From the NCBI GenBank assembly GCA_036478295.1, contig JAZGDW010000139.1:1-62132 (forward strand): DNA of 62,132 nt. The letters run 5' to 3'. Each line of letters starts with the position of its first letter. Position 1 is the stretch's first letter. Origin of the DNA: Candidatus Krumholzibacteriia bacterium (GTDB lineage Bacteria; Krumholzibacteriota; Krumholzibacteriia; WVZY01). A model generated the notes under the pieces. The model worked only from the letters and a program-made list of their open reading frames with translations, had not been told where the DNA came from and made no database searches. Position numbers and translations under genes: made by a program. Shown one piece after another: positions 34,362-43,540 of this stretch.

Positions 34362-36059
34362 ATGAAAAAACTCTCCACGTTCCTCATTTGTTTGGCGATT
34401 TTCCCGTTGGTTCAATGTTCGGACAATCCTGTTGATGAAGGCACTATAGTAATAATAGACCAGAGCAAAGCGGATTCCATTGCCTCCAACGCTTTCGAGG
34501 CGTTGGGAGATTCGATCCAGGCCCTGGAGGACAAGAGCACGGAAGAGCTGAAGAACACGAGATTCGACGATACCCGGCGGCAATTTCAGAACGCCCTCTC
34601 TTTTGATCCTCGCAACGCTATTGCCCATGTGGGTCTTGCAATTCTGGAAATCGTGGAACTCAATTATGACACTGACATCTGGGCCGTCATCGACAGCATG
34701 GAGCGTTGGACAGACGAAGGGCCCACCCCGCCACCGACGTCTGCACGAGATCGTCATCGGATGCTTATTGGCAGGCAGTTTTCTCTTCTGGTTGAGATCC
34801 CGTTCGCCTTGAATGTCCACGCCGCAGCGAGCTTTCCGTCGAATGTGACCCTGGCCAAGATACAAGCCATCATTCGAGACACTGTGATCCCCGCACTGGA
34901 TAGATCGATCAACCACCTCGAGACAGCCGAAGCCGATATCGATGCGGCCATTCGAATACTCATTGACGATAGCGGAGTTCAGGAATACATCAAGATCGAC
35001 CTGGGAGAGATTTTTCTCTTCGACGCATCGGTGCGTGCCCTGCGGGCGGGTTTTGGCATGGTCATCGCATACGATGCCGACCTTTTTGGCCCGGACGGCA
35101 CATATGACTGGATCGATCACGTTCGCTATCTGGAAGACCACCGGTTTGGCCTGTACTGCGCAAAGGCTGAAGTAATCCCTGGCAGTCCGTTCGACGAATT
35201 GAAGCTGGTTACGGAACACGGCTTCGCGGACGCGCAGATCGATTCCATTCTCCTGCTCGTCCTCTACCACAACCTTGAGAACAGACCCGCTTTCCTCACG
35301 CTCAGGGATTCGGGCAAATCGATGAGGGAGGCTCATCAGAATTTTCTGATGACAGTTAATAAACTCGATGCCTCGGCGAATTTCATTCGTAACGTGCGTC
35401 AGAACGAGAACGAGGAGAACGTGGTCAAGCTCGCCGACCTGACCGACCTCGACTCTGAACTGGATCCGACCGATCCGGATATTCCCAATTTCGCCAAGGA
35501 TTTCAACCGCGTGGAGGACGTTTTGGATTTCGTCCGCGACCTTCTCAACGGACCGGTGGATTTTAGCGAGCAACTGGGCGCAAACGACATTACCTTTTCG
35601 TGGACCATGAACCTGAACGCCTGGTTCACCGCCCCGGTTACGGACTGGAAAGCACTGCTCCCGTACTACCGGTTCGTCATTCCCGCTGGCAATTGGATCG
35701 ACGTCAATCAGACCCTCGTTTTTGAATATGATAACGGGGGCTTCGGTTGGACCGGCTTTGTACTCGTCGATGATTTTTGCACTTATACAACTATTCCAAA
35801 TATCGGAATCGTGAGGCAGTACTCGCGCAGGTACGATGTGGACGATGGCAGCATTTTGGAATTACTCGACGGTCCGGGTGGGAATGTCATTGATGTGAAT
35901 CTTGAGCGCTTTCCCTATTTTCCGGATTATACGTTCAATGGTTTATTCCCCGACATGGACACGCGAGACCGCTGGCTGACGCTGGTGGACATCTTGGATC
36001 CGCCTCCTGCGCCGCCGCCTCCTGCGCCGCCGCCGACCGCGGGGCCGCTTGCGCGGTAA
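34362..36059 (+). CDS. Large lipoprotein of unknown function with acidic post-Cys signal and Pro-rich tail
   Basis: GGGAGG RBS. MKKLSTFLICLAIFPLVQC-SDNPVDE. Ends PPPAPPPPAPPPTAGPLAR. Visibly lower GC than the flanks. Confidence 0.75.
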   Translation: MKKLSTFLICLAIFPLVQCSDNPVDEGTIVIIDQSKADSIASNAFEALGDSIQALEDKSTEELKNTRFDDTRRQFQNALSFDPRNAIAHVGLAILEIVELNYDTDIWAVIDSMERWTDEGPTPPPTSARDRHRMLIGRQFSLLVEIPFALNVHAAASFPSNVTLAKIQAIIRDTVIPALDRSINHLETAEADIDAAIRILIDDSGVQEYIKIDLGEIFLFDASVRALRAGFGMVIAYDADLFGPDGTYDWIDHVRYLEDHRFGLYCAKAEVIPGSPFDELKLVTEHGFADAQIDSILLLVLYHNLENRPAFLTLRDSGKSMREAHQNFLMTVNKLDASANFIRNVRQNENEENVVKLADLTDLDSELDPTDPDIPNFAKDFNRVEDVLDFVRDLLNGPVDFSEQLGANDITFSWTMNLNAWFTAPVTDWKALLPYYRFVIPAGNWIDVNQTLVFEYDNGGFGWTGFVLVDDFCTYTTIPNIGIVRQYSRRYDVDDGSILELLDGPGGNVIDVNLERFPYFPDYTFNGLFPDMDTRDRWLTLVDILDPPPAPPPPAPPPTAGPLAR

Positions 36060-36112
36060 AGGTCGGTTGTTTTCATTGCGGGTCCAAACTCCGGTAAGGT
36101 ACCGGTATCGTC

Positions 36113-37612
36113 ATGATGCGTTCTTTTCTGCTTTTGATGTTTTCGCTTTCGATCCTGGGCGGCGCAAATATCGTCGTCCAGGCGGTTGAACTTCCCCTTG
36201 AGCGGTTCTTCTTAGGGAGTTCCACCGTGTGGCTGATCGAGGAAGAAGCTTTCTATCCCGCTTCCTATGTGAGTTGGCAAGCCCGGTATTGGGATCTCTA
36301 CTATGAGAGAAAATCAGACCAGTTACAGGATTACCACCTGAGTGAACAGAGGCTCAGGAGTATGCGAAGACGCGGGCCGAGCCTCATCGGGTTTGAGCTG
36401 AGCCGGTCTGTCCTAACACTGAAACAAGACAACATCCACACAGACGCAGACCGCTTGCGTGGTACGAGAGATCATTTGGAAGGCAAGATTTATCTCGGGC
36501 GAGTTTTCAAGAAACAACGGTTTGCCGGCGTGGATGAAATCGAGCTTGTCACAGCAACGGGATGGAAGGAGGGTTTTACAGGTGAAATTGAGGCTCGGTT
36601 TGGATGGCAGGATCGCGGATCACTGCTCCTGCGTGCCGAGACTTTTGGCAACAAGCTGGAGCTTACTCAGGATATAAACGGGAGCACGTTCCCTTTCCAT
36701 TTTCCGTTCCGGACCGATCGGTTTCATAGTCGCCTGGAAGTAGTACCGATCACGGGAATCCGCGTTCGAACATGGGGCGGCATTGAGACCAGCAGCGGCA
36801 ACGGTGAGGAAGAGCGTGGTTTTTCGAACCGACTCTGGTTTCAAAGGAAACAGTGGGGTGGTCTGCTGGATTACCGCCTGCAGCCTCAGCGCTACTGGCA
36901 GAAGGTTCCGCGCCTCGGCAAGATCGACAGCCGACTGCCCGGAATGCGTCTTAGTGCGATACACGAGCGAGGAAACGGGGACGTGGGCATGTACTTCGGT
37001 GGTGTACGCTACCTCCACCTTCAGGATTTGAACTCCCGCTCCACAACGTTCCGGCTTGACCTGGTTCCGTTGAGAAACGCATCCATTTTTGGCGGATGGC
37101 ACAGGGTCAGGATAATGCACGATGGAGATTCGTTCTTTGACCCATGGCCGTTTACCGTCTGGGATATGTTTCTCGCAAAACGCTATCGCTTGGATGAGTC
37201 GGAGTTCAGGCTGGATACGTGGTTTGTGGGTCTCGGTAAGATCGTCGAGACCGATCGATTCGAATTGGAGTTGAGTGGTCGGTTCGAGTGGTGGGAGGAT
37301 TCAGGGGAACTCCAGTTACTCGAGCGGGTTGATGTTCTGTTTCCGTTTTTCTTCAAATACGAAAGGAGCGGCGCCAGCCCGAGTATTCCTTTCCGTTACG
37401 CACTGCAGTTGGACCCCTCTGTGCTGTTTCGTGTGACCTCGGGCATCTGGTTGCGGTTTTCGGGGCAAGCCGCATATCCGTTTGGCAAGGAATCCTCTGA
37501 TCCTGTCCTGAGCCCTGATGGGGGTGGTGGGGCGTTGTCGCCTGTGGGGTCCGACGGGAAGTCGACCCACGGCGGACTCACCGGCTATCTGGAAGTCATC
37601 TTTTCGATGTGA
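36113..37612 (+). CDS. Secreted protein, probable outer-membrane beta-barrel
   Basis: Signal peptide MMRSFLLLMFSLSILGGANIVVQA. Alternating hydrophobic/polar stretches rich in R/W/F/Y/G. C-terminal GYLEVIFSM. Lower GC. Confidence 0.6.
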   Translation: MMRSFLLLMFSLSILGGANIVVQAVELPLERFFLGSSTVWLIEEEAFYPASYVSWQARYWDLYYERKSDQLQDYHLSEQRLRSMRRRGPSLIGFELSRSVLTLKQDNIHTDADRLRGTRDHLEGKIYLGRVFKKQRFAGVDEIELVTATGWKEGFTGEIEARFGWQDRGSLLLRAETFGNKLELTQDINGSTFPFHFPFRTDRFHSRLEVVPITGIRVRTWGGIETSSGNGEEERGFSNRLWFQRKQWGGLLDYRLQPQRYWQKVPRLGKIDSRLPGMRLSAIHERGNGDVGMYFGGVRYLHLQDLNSRSTTFRLDLVPLRNASIFGGWHRVRIMHDGDSFFDPWPFTVWDMFLAKRYRLDESEFRLDTWFVGLGKIVETDRFELELSGRFEWWEDSGELQLLERVDVLFPFFFKYERSGASPSIPFRYALQLDPSVLFRVTSGIWLRFSGQAAYPFGKESSDPVLSPDGGGGALSPVGSDGKSTHGGLTGYLEVIFSM

Positions 37613-37638
37613 GGCCGCACTCCACAGAAGAACGCTGA

Positions 37639-38115
37639 TCACTCGAAAACTGCTTTGATGCGTCCCCAGGTCACGGGCTCGACCGGCACCGCGTCCGGAA
37701 AGGTTGACGGTGTGAGCGTTTCGTTTTGCTCGCACAATAACGCCGAGCAATCGAAGAGATAAGGATCGATGGTCATGCGGGTGATTCCCCACGAACCCAT
37801 AAACGTATAGGCCGTCCCTTTGGCAAGACCGAGCTCGATCGACTCTTTGAAGATGTCGCTGGTCAGGGTCTGCTGGTACTCTCCCCCGACGCAGGCTTTG
37901 TGAAGCGGACAGGGGGTGACCCGGAGCGTGGCAAACTCGGTTCCGCCGCACCCTAACGTGGGACTGCATCCCAGGGCCACATCCAGGGTCACGGTTACCC
38001 AGACTGTGTCCGCGTCATCTTTCGATTGTACCGCATTCCACCTGCCCGCCTGTGCGGCGCAGGCAAACGTGAGCAGAGACAACCACGTGATCAAGAACCG
38101 GGTCATGGTACGCAC
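37639..38115 (-). CDS. Small secreted Cys-rich protein
   Basis: Signal peptide ...LLTFACAAQA. Eight Cys in the mature part. Ends VTWGRIKAVFE. Confidence 0.6.
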   Translation of the reverse strand: MRTMTRFLITWLSLLTFACAAQAGRWNAVQSKDDADTVWVTVTLDVALGCSPTLGCGGTEFATLRVTPCPLHKACVGGEYQQTLTSDIFKESIELGLAKGTAYTFMGSWGITRMTIDPYLFDCSALLCEQNETLTPSTFPDAVPVEPVTWGRIKAVFE

Positions 38116-38292
38116 CTTGTCCTGAGTTCCAGTGTTCGCTCGAAGTATACCTCACCAAGGCTCCTTCCGCAATCGCCCCGCGTGTTTTCAGCACACTTAT
38201 TAGGCTTGGTCTTTTCGCCCATCGGATGATAGAATGCTGATGTCCACCGCCTATCAATCCATTCTCGTTACAACTCGATACCAGGAGGCACC

Positions 38293-38928
<636 letters not shown>

Positions 38929-38943
38929 GCTGGCCCTTTAGGG

Positions 38944-39146
38944 GGCGCCTGTTGGGTGTTGACGGAGCCGTCGAATGGCGGTGGCGGGCTGTTGGATTGT
39001 TGACAGAGCCGTTGCGGGAACGAGCGAGGATCACCCCGCGGAGCGGGGTAGCCGAGCGAAGTGGAGCACGGCGAAGGAGACAATTCAACAGCCCGCCCCC
39101 GCCACATCGCGGAGCGCGGCGACAGAAATAATCCAACAGACGCGCC
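38944..39146 (+). repeat. Palindromic structured element, copy 2: a complete inner copy (38977-39104) nested between the arms of a core-less outer copy
   Basis: Inner copy: GGCGGTGGCGGGCTGTTGGATTG-TTGACAGAGCCGTTGCGGGAACGAGCGAGGATC-hairpin-TAGCCGAGCGAAGTGGAGCACGGCGAAGGAGA-CAATTCAACAGCCCGCCCCCGCC. Outer arms: GGCGCCTGTTGGGTGTTGACGGAGCCGT... / ...GGAGCGCGGCGACAGAAATAATCCAACAGACGCGCC. Confidence 0.75.
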
Positions 39147-39734
39147 CTAATGAGCGATCCAGCCGAGCGCCTCTTTGCTGAGTGCCCGGAAGAGCACCGC
39201 CCCCAATTTGGACATACTGTAGGAGTACTTGACGCCCTCGCGCCGCAACGCCCGGTGTTCGGCCTCGGGCACCAGAATACGGAAGGAAACCCCGAGGGCA
39301 TCCATCCGCTGCGCCGATGCGCCCACGGCCGCGATGCGGACGTCCCGCCCCCGGCGGGTCAGCTCGATGTTGACCGGCGCCCCCTGCCGGGAGAACCGGC
39401 TATCGACCCGCTTTTTGACGATGAGAAGTATTTCGTCGCCTTTCCAGGTGTCGATCCGGACCTCACTCCCCGGTACATCCAGGTCGATAACGCCCCCTTC
39501 CTCGAGATCGATCACCATCGTAACACTTTCAACCGCATCGACTTCGGCCTCCGGAGCCTCTCGGCTCTCGACAACCAGCTCGCGAACGGCTTGTTCCCGC
39601 GCCAGCCCGGATGCCGCAGCGCCCCCCGCCGACAGCATCAGAATCAGCGCCCCGGCCACGATGCCGCTAATAAGCTTCAACAGGAACCACAGGTGGCCGT
39701 GCTCGTGGTGGCTCTTAATCGCAGCGTGCTTCAT
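39147..39734 (-). CDS. Membrane-anchored protein of unknown function with His-rich N-terminus
   Basis: MKHAAIKSHHEHGH followed by one TM helix; 195 aa. Confidence 0.55.
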   Translation of the reverse strand: MKHAAIKSHHEHGHLWFLLKLISGIVAGALILMLSAGGAAASGLAREQAVRELVVESREAPEAEVDAVESVTMVIDLEEGGVIDLDVPGSEVRIDTWKGDEILLIVKKRVDSRFSRQGAPVNIELTRRGRDVRIAAVGASAQRMDALGVSFRILVPEAEHRALRREGVKYSYSMSKLGAVLFRALSKEALGWIAH

Positions 39735-40251
39735 GATGGTCTCCTCACCGCGCGCTGGCGCGTAGCAAACCCAACTAACACTGGAAGGACCGTCGAAGGA
39801 GGTGTCGAGGCTGTGGCTGGAATGAACTTTTCCCGGCGGGTGGGGTTCTCTTGTTCAAAGATGGTGTCCATATGAGCGTTCGTCAATATTCCCCCAGGCT
39901 TCATCGCCAAAAAAACCGAAATACTCACACCTTTAGACTGAGGTTCGGGCCGATTGGTTGCATTTTTTCTCGCCGCTTTCAGGAAATCCTCGCGCCGGTG
40001 GTACCGAGGGCTCCGCGGGACCTCCGGAGAACCCCTCTTGCCGAGTGGTTTGACGCTGCCGGACGTTCCTGTTACCATTCCCGATCAGAAAAGGCACCGA
40101 AAAAGGCGTTCTTCTTTTGCCCGCTCTTTCTGTACACACCAGGCACCCGTATATTCACCGCCGGGCGGCGGGACGGGCACAAAACGTCGAGCCTGCAGCG
40201 CGTGAGAGGTCTCGCCGTCAAAGACGCAAAAACCACAGTGAGGAACCTCAC

Positions 40252-40722
40252 ATGCCCAGGCCTCTCCCCTCATTCCAGAAGATGTGGAAGCACTACCCCG
40301 ACGAGAAGGACCCGGTGAAGGTCAAAAAGCTGATCGGCGGCAAAGTGAACTACCCCTGGATTACGAACACCTGCACCATTCGGTTGAGTCGAGCGTTCAA
40401 CTACGCCGGCGATCCTATCCGAAAGGGGTATGCTGGACTGAACGCCGTCTCTGGAGCTGACAGAAAGTGGTACGCGTTCCGTGTTCGCGAGCTGGAAAAA
40501 TACCTGCGCGCGATGTACGGTGATCCCCAGGTTGAGGAGGTGGCTGGCGATGCGAACAAGTTGCGAGCGGCCGTCAAAGGATACCGAGGCGTGATTCAGT
40601 TCAATGTCCGCGGGTGGTCAGACGCGACCGGGCACCTGGATATCTGGGACGGCACGAAGGTGCGGTTCAGTGAGTATTTCAGCCAGGCGGATGGCGTCAA
40701 CCTATGGAGGTTTCCAGGATGA
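40252..40722 (+). CDS. Tae4-family peptidoglycan amidase (T6SS amidase effector 4-like, NlpC/P60-related Cys-His hydrolase)
   Basis: GAGGA RBS; 156 aa; no signal peptide. Aligns by eye with Salmonella/Enterobacter Tae4 along its whole length: PSF..W, IGGKV, NTCTIRLS (Cys41), VSGADRKWYAFRV, GWSDATGHLDIWDG (His128), LWRFP. Confidence 0.8.
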   Translation: MPRPLPSFQKMWKHYPDEKDPVKVKKLIGGKVNYPWITNTCTIRLSRAFNYAGDPIRKGYAGLNAVSGADRKWYAFRVRELEKYLRAMYGDPQVEEVAGDANKLRAAVKGYRGVIQFNVRGWSDATGHLDIWDGTKVRFSEYFSQADGVNLWRFPG

Positions 40723-41162
40723 ACGCGTTCGGCACTTGGCATCGCCTCGGCTGGTTCTGGTTGGTAGCTTCAGTGATAAGCTTCGGCTGCTCGTCGGAAC
40801 CCGACTTGGGCCCACCTATCGAGCTGATCGTCGCGAACGTTGCATCGACAGACATCACCGTGGTCCTGAAGATCACCAAAGTGCGAAAGGTCCGTACGGA
40901 AGGCGTATACTCTACGTGGGAGCTTGGCGCAACGGTCATCAGGCCATTCAAGGGCAGCCTTCTCGCAGGCGAGAGGATCGAGTACCTGCGAACGATGGAG
41001 ACTGGTTTCCCGGCTCCTCCGGTAGGTAGCCGCCACATCGTCAGTTTCGTGCGGGAGGGAAGTCGTCTTGTCATCCCGGACGTCGGCTATCATTTCCAAC
41101 ACTCGCCGAGGCTGGAACAGCGCCTCGCCGCTGAGCTTGCATCCCCACAACACCAACGGTGA
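40719..41162 (+). CDS. Exported lipoprotein-like protein, candidate cognate immunity protein
   Basis: ATGA overlap with the tae4-like stop. Signal sequence WFWLVASVISFGC-SSEPD; 147 aa; no recognisable family. Confidence 0.6.
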   Translation: MNAFGTWHRLGWFWLVASVISFGCSSEPDLGPPIELIVANVASTDITVVLKITKVRKVRTEGVYSTWELGATVIRPFKGSLLAGERIEYLRTMETGFPAPPVGSRHIVSFVREGSRLVIPDVGYHFQHSPRLEQRLAAELASPQHQR

Positions 41163-41166
41163 AGAC

Positions 41167-43029
41167 ATGAAATTTCTTTCCCTATCGCTTTTCTTGCTGT
41201 CGCTCCTCACATCGCTCGCCGGCTGCCGGTCTACAGGTGAATCGGAGCCCCCCCTCGACGAGCACCCCTCCACAATGACTACCCGGGTCACGTATGCCGA
41301 CGAATCGGCCCGGGCCAACGCGTTTTTCGAGGAGGCGTTCGACGACGTGGTCTCGCGCAGTCCCATGTTTCAGAGCCGCCTGGGCATCAAGGATGACTAC
41401 GACAAGTGGGACGACCTGTCGGAAGCGCATGCCAGGGCCAACCTCGAGCGTGCCAAACATCGGCTCGCCGATCTCGAAAGAAAAATCCGCTTCGAGATGC
41501 TCGACGAGCAAACCAAGCTGAGCTACGACCTGTTTGTGAAGGACGTCGAGCGGCAGATCGCCGATTTCGAATATCGCTTCCACACTTATCCCTTGAATCA
41601 GATGCGGGGTTGGCAGTCCGTTGTGCCCGCGTTCCTCATTAACTACCATCGCGTCGACAGCGTTGACGACGCGATGGCCTATATCGAGCGCCTCAAGAAC
41701 GTGGAGCGGCTTTTCGACCAGGTCACCGAAAACCTCAAGGTCCGTGCCGTAAAAGGAATCGTCCCACCGAAGTTCGTATTCCCCTACGTGATAGAAGATG
41801 CGCGAAACGTGATAACCGGCACCCCCTTCGGAGGCTCGCAGGACGACAGCACCATCCTGGCCGATTTCAAGTCCAAGGTACGGGCGCTTGATATTCCCGA
41901 TGAACAAAAACAGCAGTTGATCGATCGTGCGGGAGTCGCGCTGTTGATGTTTGTGCGCCCCGCTTACCAGAAGCTCATCGACTACGTCGTCGAGCTGGAG
42001 AAGACGGCCGACACCCGGGACGGTGTGTGGAAGCTGCCCAGGGGCGATGCTTTCTACAAGCACCGGCTGCAGAGGATGACGACCACCGAGCTGTCTGCCC
42101 GCCGCATTTACGGCATCGGCCTCAGCGAAGTGGCGCGTATTCACGACGAGATGCGCGGCGTTATGATGAAGGTCGGATTCGATGGAACTCTGCAGGAGTT
42201 CTTCACGTTCATGCGCGAGGACAGCCAGTTCTACTACGAGGACACCGAGGCGGGCCGGAAAACGTATCTGGAAGGTGCGACGCGGATCATTGACCGCATG
42301 CGCAACCGTCTCGATGATCTCTTTCTCATTAAGCCCCAGGCGGGCATCGTGGTCAAAGCAGTCGAGCCCTTCCGCGAGAAATCGACGGGCAAAGCGTTCT
42401 ACCAGCGGCCTTCGCCGGACGGCAAGCGTCCCGGTGTTTACTACGCCAATCTCTATCGCATGGCGGATATGCCCACCTACCAAATGGAAGCGCTGGCCTA
42501 CCACGAAGGCATCCCGGGGCACCATATGCAGCTTGCGACGGCGATGGAGCTCGAGGAACTGCCCAGCTTTCGCCGTTACGCGGGTTATACGGCGTATATC
42601 GAGGGATGGGGGTTGTATTCGGAGTATATCCCGAAGGAGATCGGGTTTTACGAGGATCCTTATGCGGACTTCGGGCGGCTGGCGATGGAGTTATGGCGGG
42701 CGTGCCGCCTGGTGGTGGACACGGGGATTCACTCAAAGAGATGGTCACGCCAGCGGGCCATCAATTACCTCGTCCAGAACACGCCCAACCCCCGGGGTGA
42801 CGTGGTGAAGGCCATCGAGCGGTACATCGTCATGCCCGGGCAGGCGACCGCTTACAAGATCGGGATGATGCGGATACTGGAGTTGCGCGAGCACGCTCGT
42901 GAAACACTTGGAGATCGCTTCGACATCCGGGAGTTTCACACACTCGTGTTAAAAAACGGTCCCGTACCCCTGGACACCCTCGAGCAACTGGTGGCGAACT
43001 GGCTCGCCTCGAAGGAAAGCATCCAGTAG
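41167..43029 (+). CDS. DUF885 family (metallopeptidase-like) lipoprotein
   Basis: MKFLSLSLFLLSLLTSLAGC lipobox. C-terminal AYHEGIPGHHMQ motif typical of DUF885. Confidence 0.8.
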   Translation: MKFLSLSLFLLSLLTSLAGCRSTGESEPPLDEHPSTMTTRVTYADESARANAFFEEAFDDVVSRSPMFQSRLGIKDDYDKWDDLSEAHARANLERAKHRLADLERKIRFEMLDEQTKLSYDLFVKDVERQIADFEYRFHTYPLNQMRGWQSVVPAFLINYHRVDSVDDAMAYIERLKNVERLFDQVTENLKVRAVKGIVPPKFVFPYVIEDARNVITGTPFGGSQDDSTILADFKSKVRALDIPDEQKQQLIDRAGVALLMFVRPAYQKLIDYVVELEKTADTRDGVWKLPRGDAFYKHRLQRMTTTELSARRIYGIGLSEVARIHDEMRGVMMKVGFDGTLQEFFTFMREDSQFYYEDTEAGRKTYLEGATRIIDRMRNRLDDLFLIKPQAGIVVKAVEPFREKSTGKAFYQRPSPDGKRPGVYYANLYRMADMPTYQMEALAYHEGIPGHHMQLATAMELEELPSFRRYAGYTAYIEGWGLYSEYIPKEIGFYEDPYADFGRLAMELWRACRLVVDTGIHSKRWSRQRAINYLVQNTPNPRGDVVKAIERYIVMPGQATAYKIGMMRILELREHARETLGDRFDIREFHTLVLKNGPVPLDTLEQLVANWLASKESIQ

Positions 43030-43102
43030 CCCGCCGCGCGGCCACACCGCGCGGAAAAATGTGCCGCGCGCAGCCCGGCCACCCCCACACCCCTCCGCTA
43101 CC

Positions 43103-43118
43103 TGGCATAGAACTGGCT
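43103..43118 (+). promoter_or_regulatory. Possible sigma-54 (-24/-12) promoter TGGCATAGAACTGGCT
   Basis: GG and GC are spaced as in the TGGCAC-N5-TTGC consensus; ~130 nt upstream of the TM2 gene. Single-site match only. Confidence 0.25.
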
Positions 43119-43251
43119 ATTTCATTTGTACAGCGTGCCTGAGCCCTTCTCGGCACTGTATCGGAAACGATGAGGCACGGGAAGGAGCACGCTGAGTCAG
43201 TGGAATATGCATTGTCATAGCCACAACTAAATCCATGTGGAGGTAACTCTG

Positions 43252-43464
43252 ATGAGTCAGAAAAAAATTCTACCCGCTTTTCTACTTTGCTTCTTCGCCG
43301 GACCGTTGGGTATGCACCGGTTCTACACCGGCAAGGTTAAGAGCGGCGTTGTCCAGCTGCTGACCCTCGGTGGGCTCGGCATTTGGTGCCTGATCGATTT
43401 GTTCAAGATCATCGTCGGATCATTCACCGACAGCGAGAACAACAAGATTACCCAGTGGACGTAA
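43252..43464 (+). CDS. TM2 domain-containing small membrane protein
   Basis: GGAGGT RBS. FFAGPLGMHRFYTGK...LGGLGIWCLIDL motif. Confidence 0.8.
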   Translation: MSQKKILPAFLLCFFAGPLGMHRFYTGKVKSGVVQLLTLGGLGIWCLIDLFKIIVGSFTDSENNKITQWT

Positions 43465-43481
43465 TCTGAGTGGTCTTCGGG

Positions 43482-43521
43482 CGGCGCCTGGTTCTTCGAG
43501 AATCCGGCGCCGTTTTTTTTT
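43482..43521 (+). terminator. Rho-independent terminator
   Basis: CGGCGCC (43482-43488) ... GGCGCCG (43506-43512) stem followed by T9 (43513-43521). Confidence 0.7.
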
Positions 43522-43540
43522 GCCACAACTGCGCGGTCCG

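Noticed and set aside
34326-35573. 415-aa ORF on the minus strand
   Set aside because: Antisense to the lipoprotein gene, which has an RBS, a lipobox and a coherent sequence. No motifs or RBS of its own.
37642-37674. Short motif TWGR(I/T)K..(F) shared by the Cys-rich protein C-terminus and the 28660 lipoprotein (about 29863-29890)
   Set aside because: Only ~6 matching residues in two proteins. This is too short to distinguish from chance without a wider survey.
41182-42525. 447-aa ORF on the minus strand
   Set aside because: It lies entirely antisense to the well-supported DUF885 gene. Its composition is Arg/Gly/Val/His-rich, typical of shadow ORFs in GC-rich DNA, and it has no recognisable motifs.
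39735-43029. A T6SS locus around the Tae4-like gene
   Set aside because: No Hcp, VgrG, PAAR, TssB/C or other core genes are present. The neighbours are a DUF885 lipoprotein and an unrelated membrane protein.
43030-43070. Hairpin CCGCGCGG-CCACA-CCGCGCGG after the DUF885 gene as an intrinsic terminator
   Set aside because: The stem is followed by an A-run rather than a T-run on the coding strand, and no minus-strand gene ends there.
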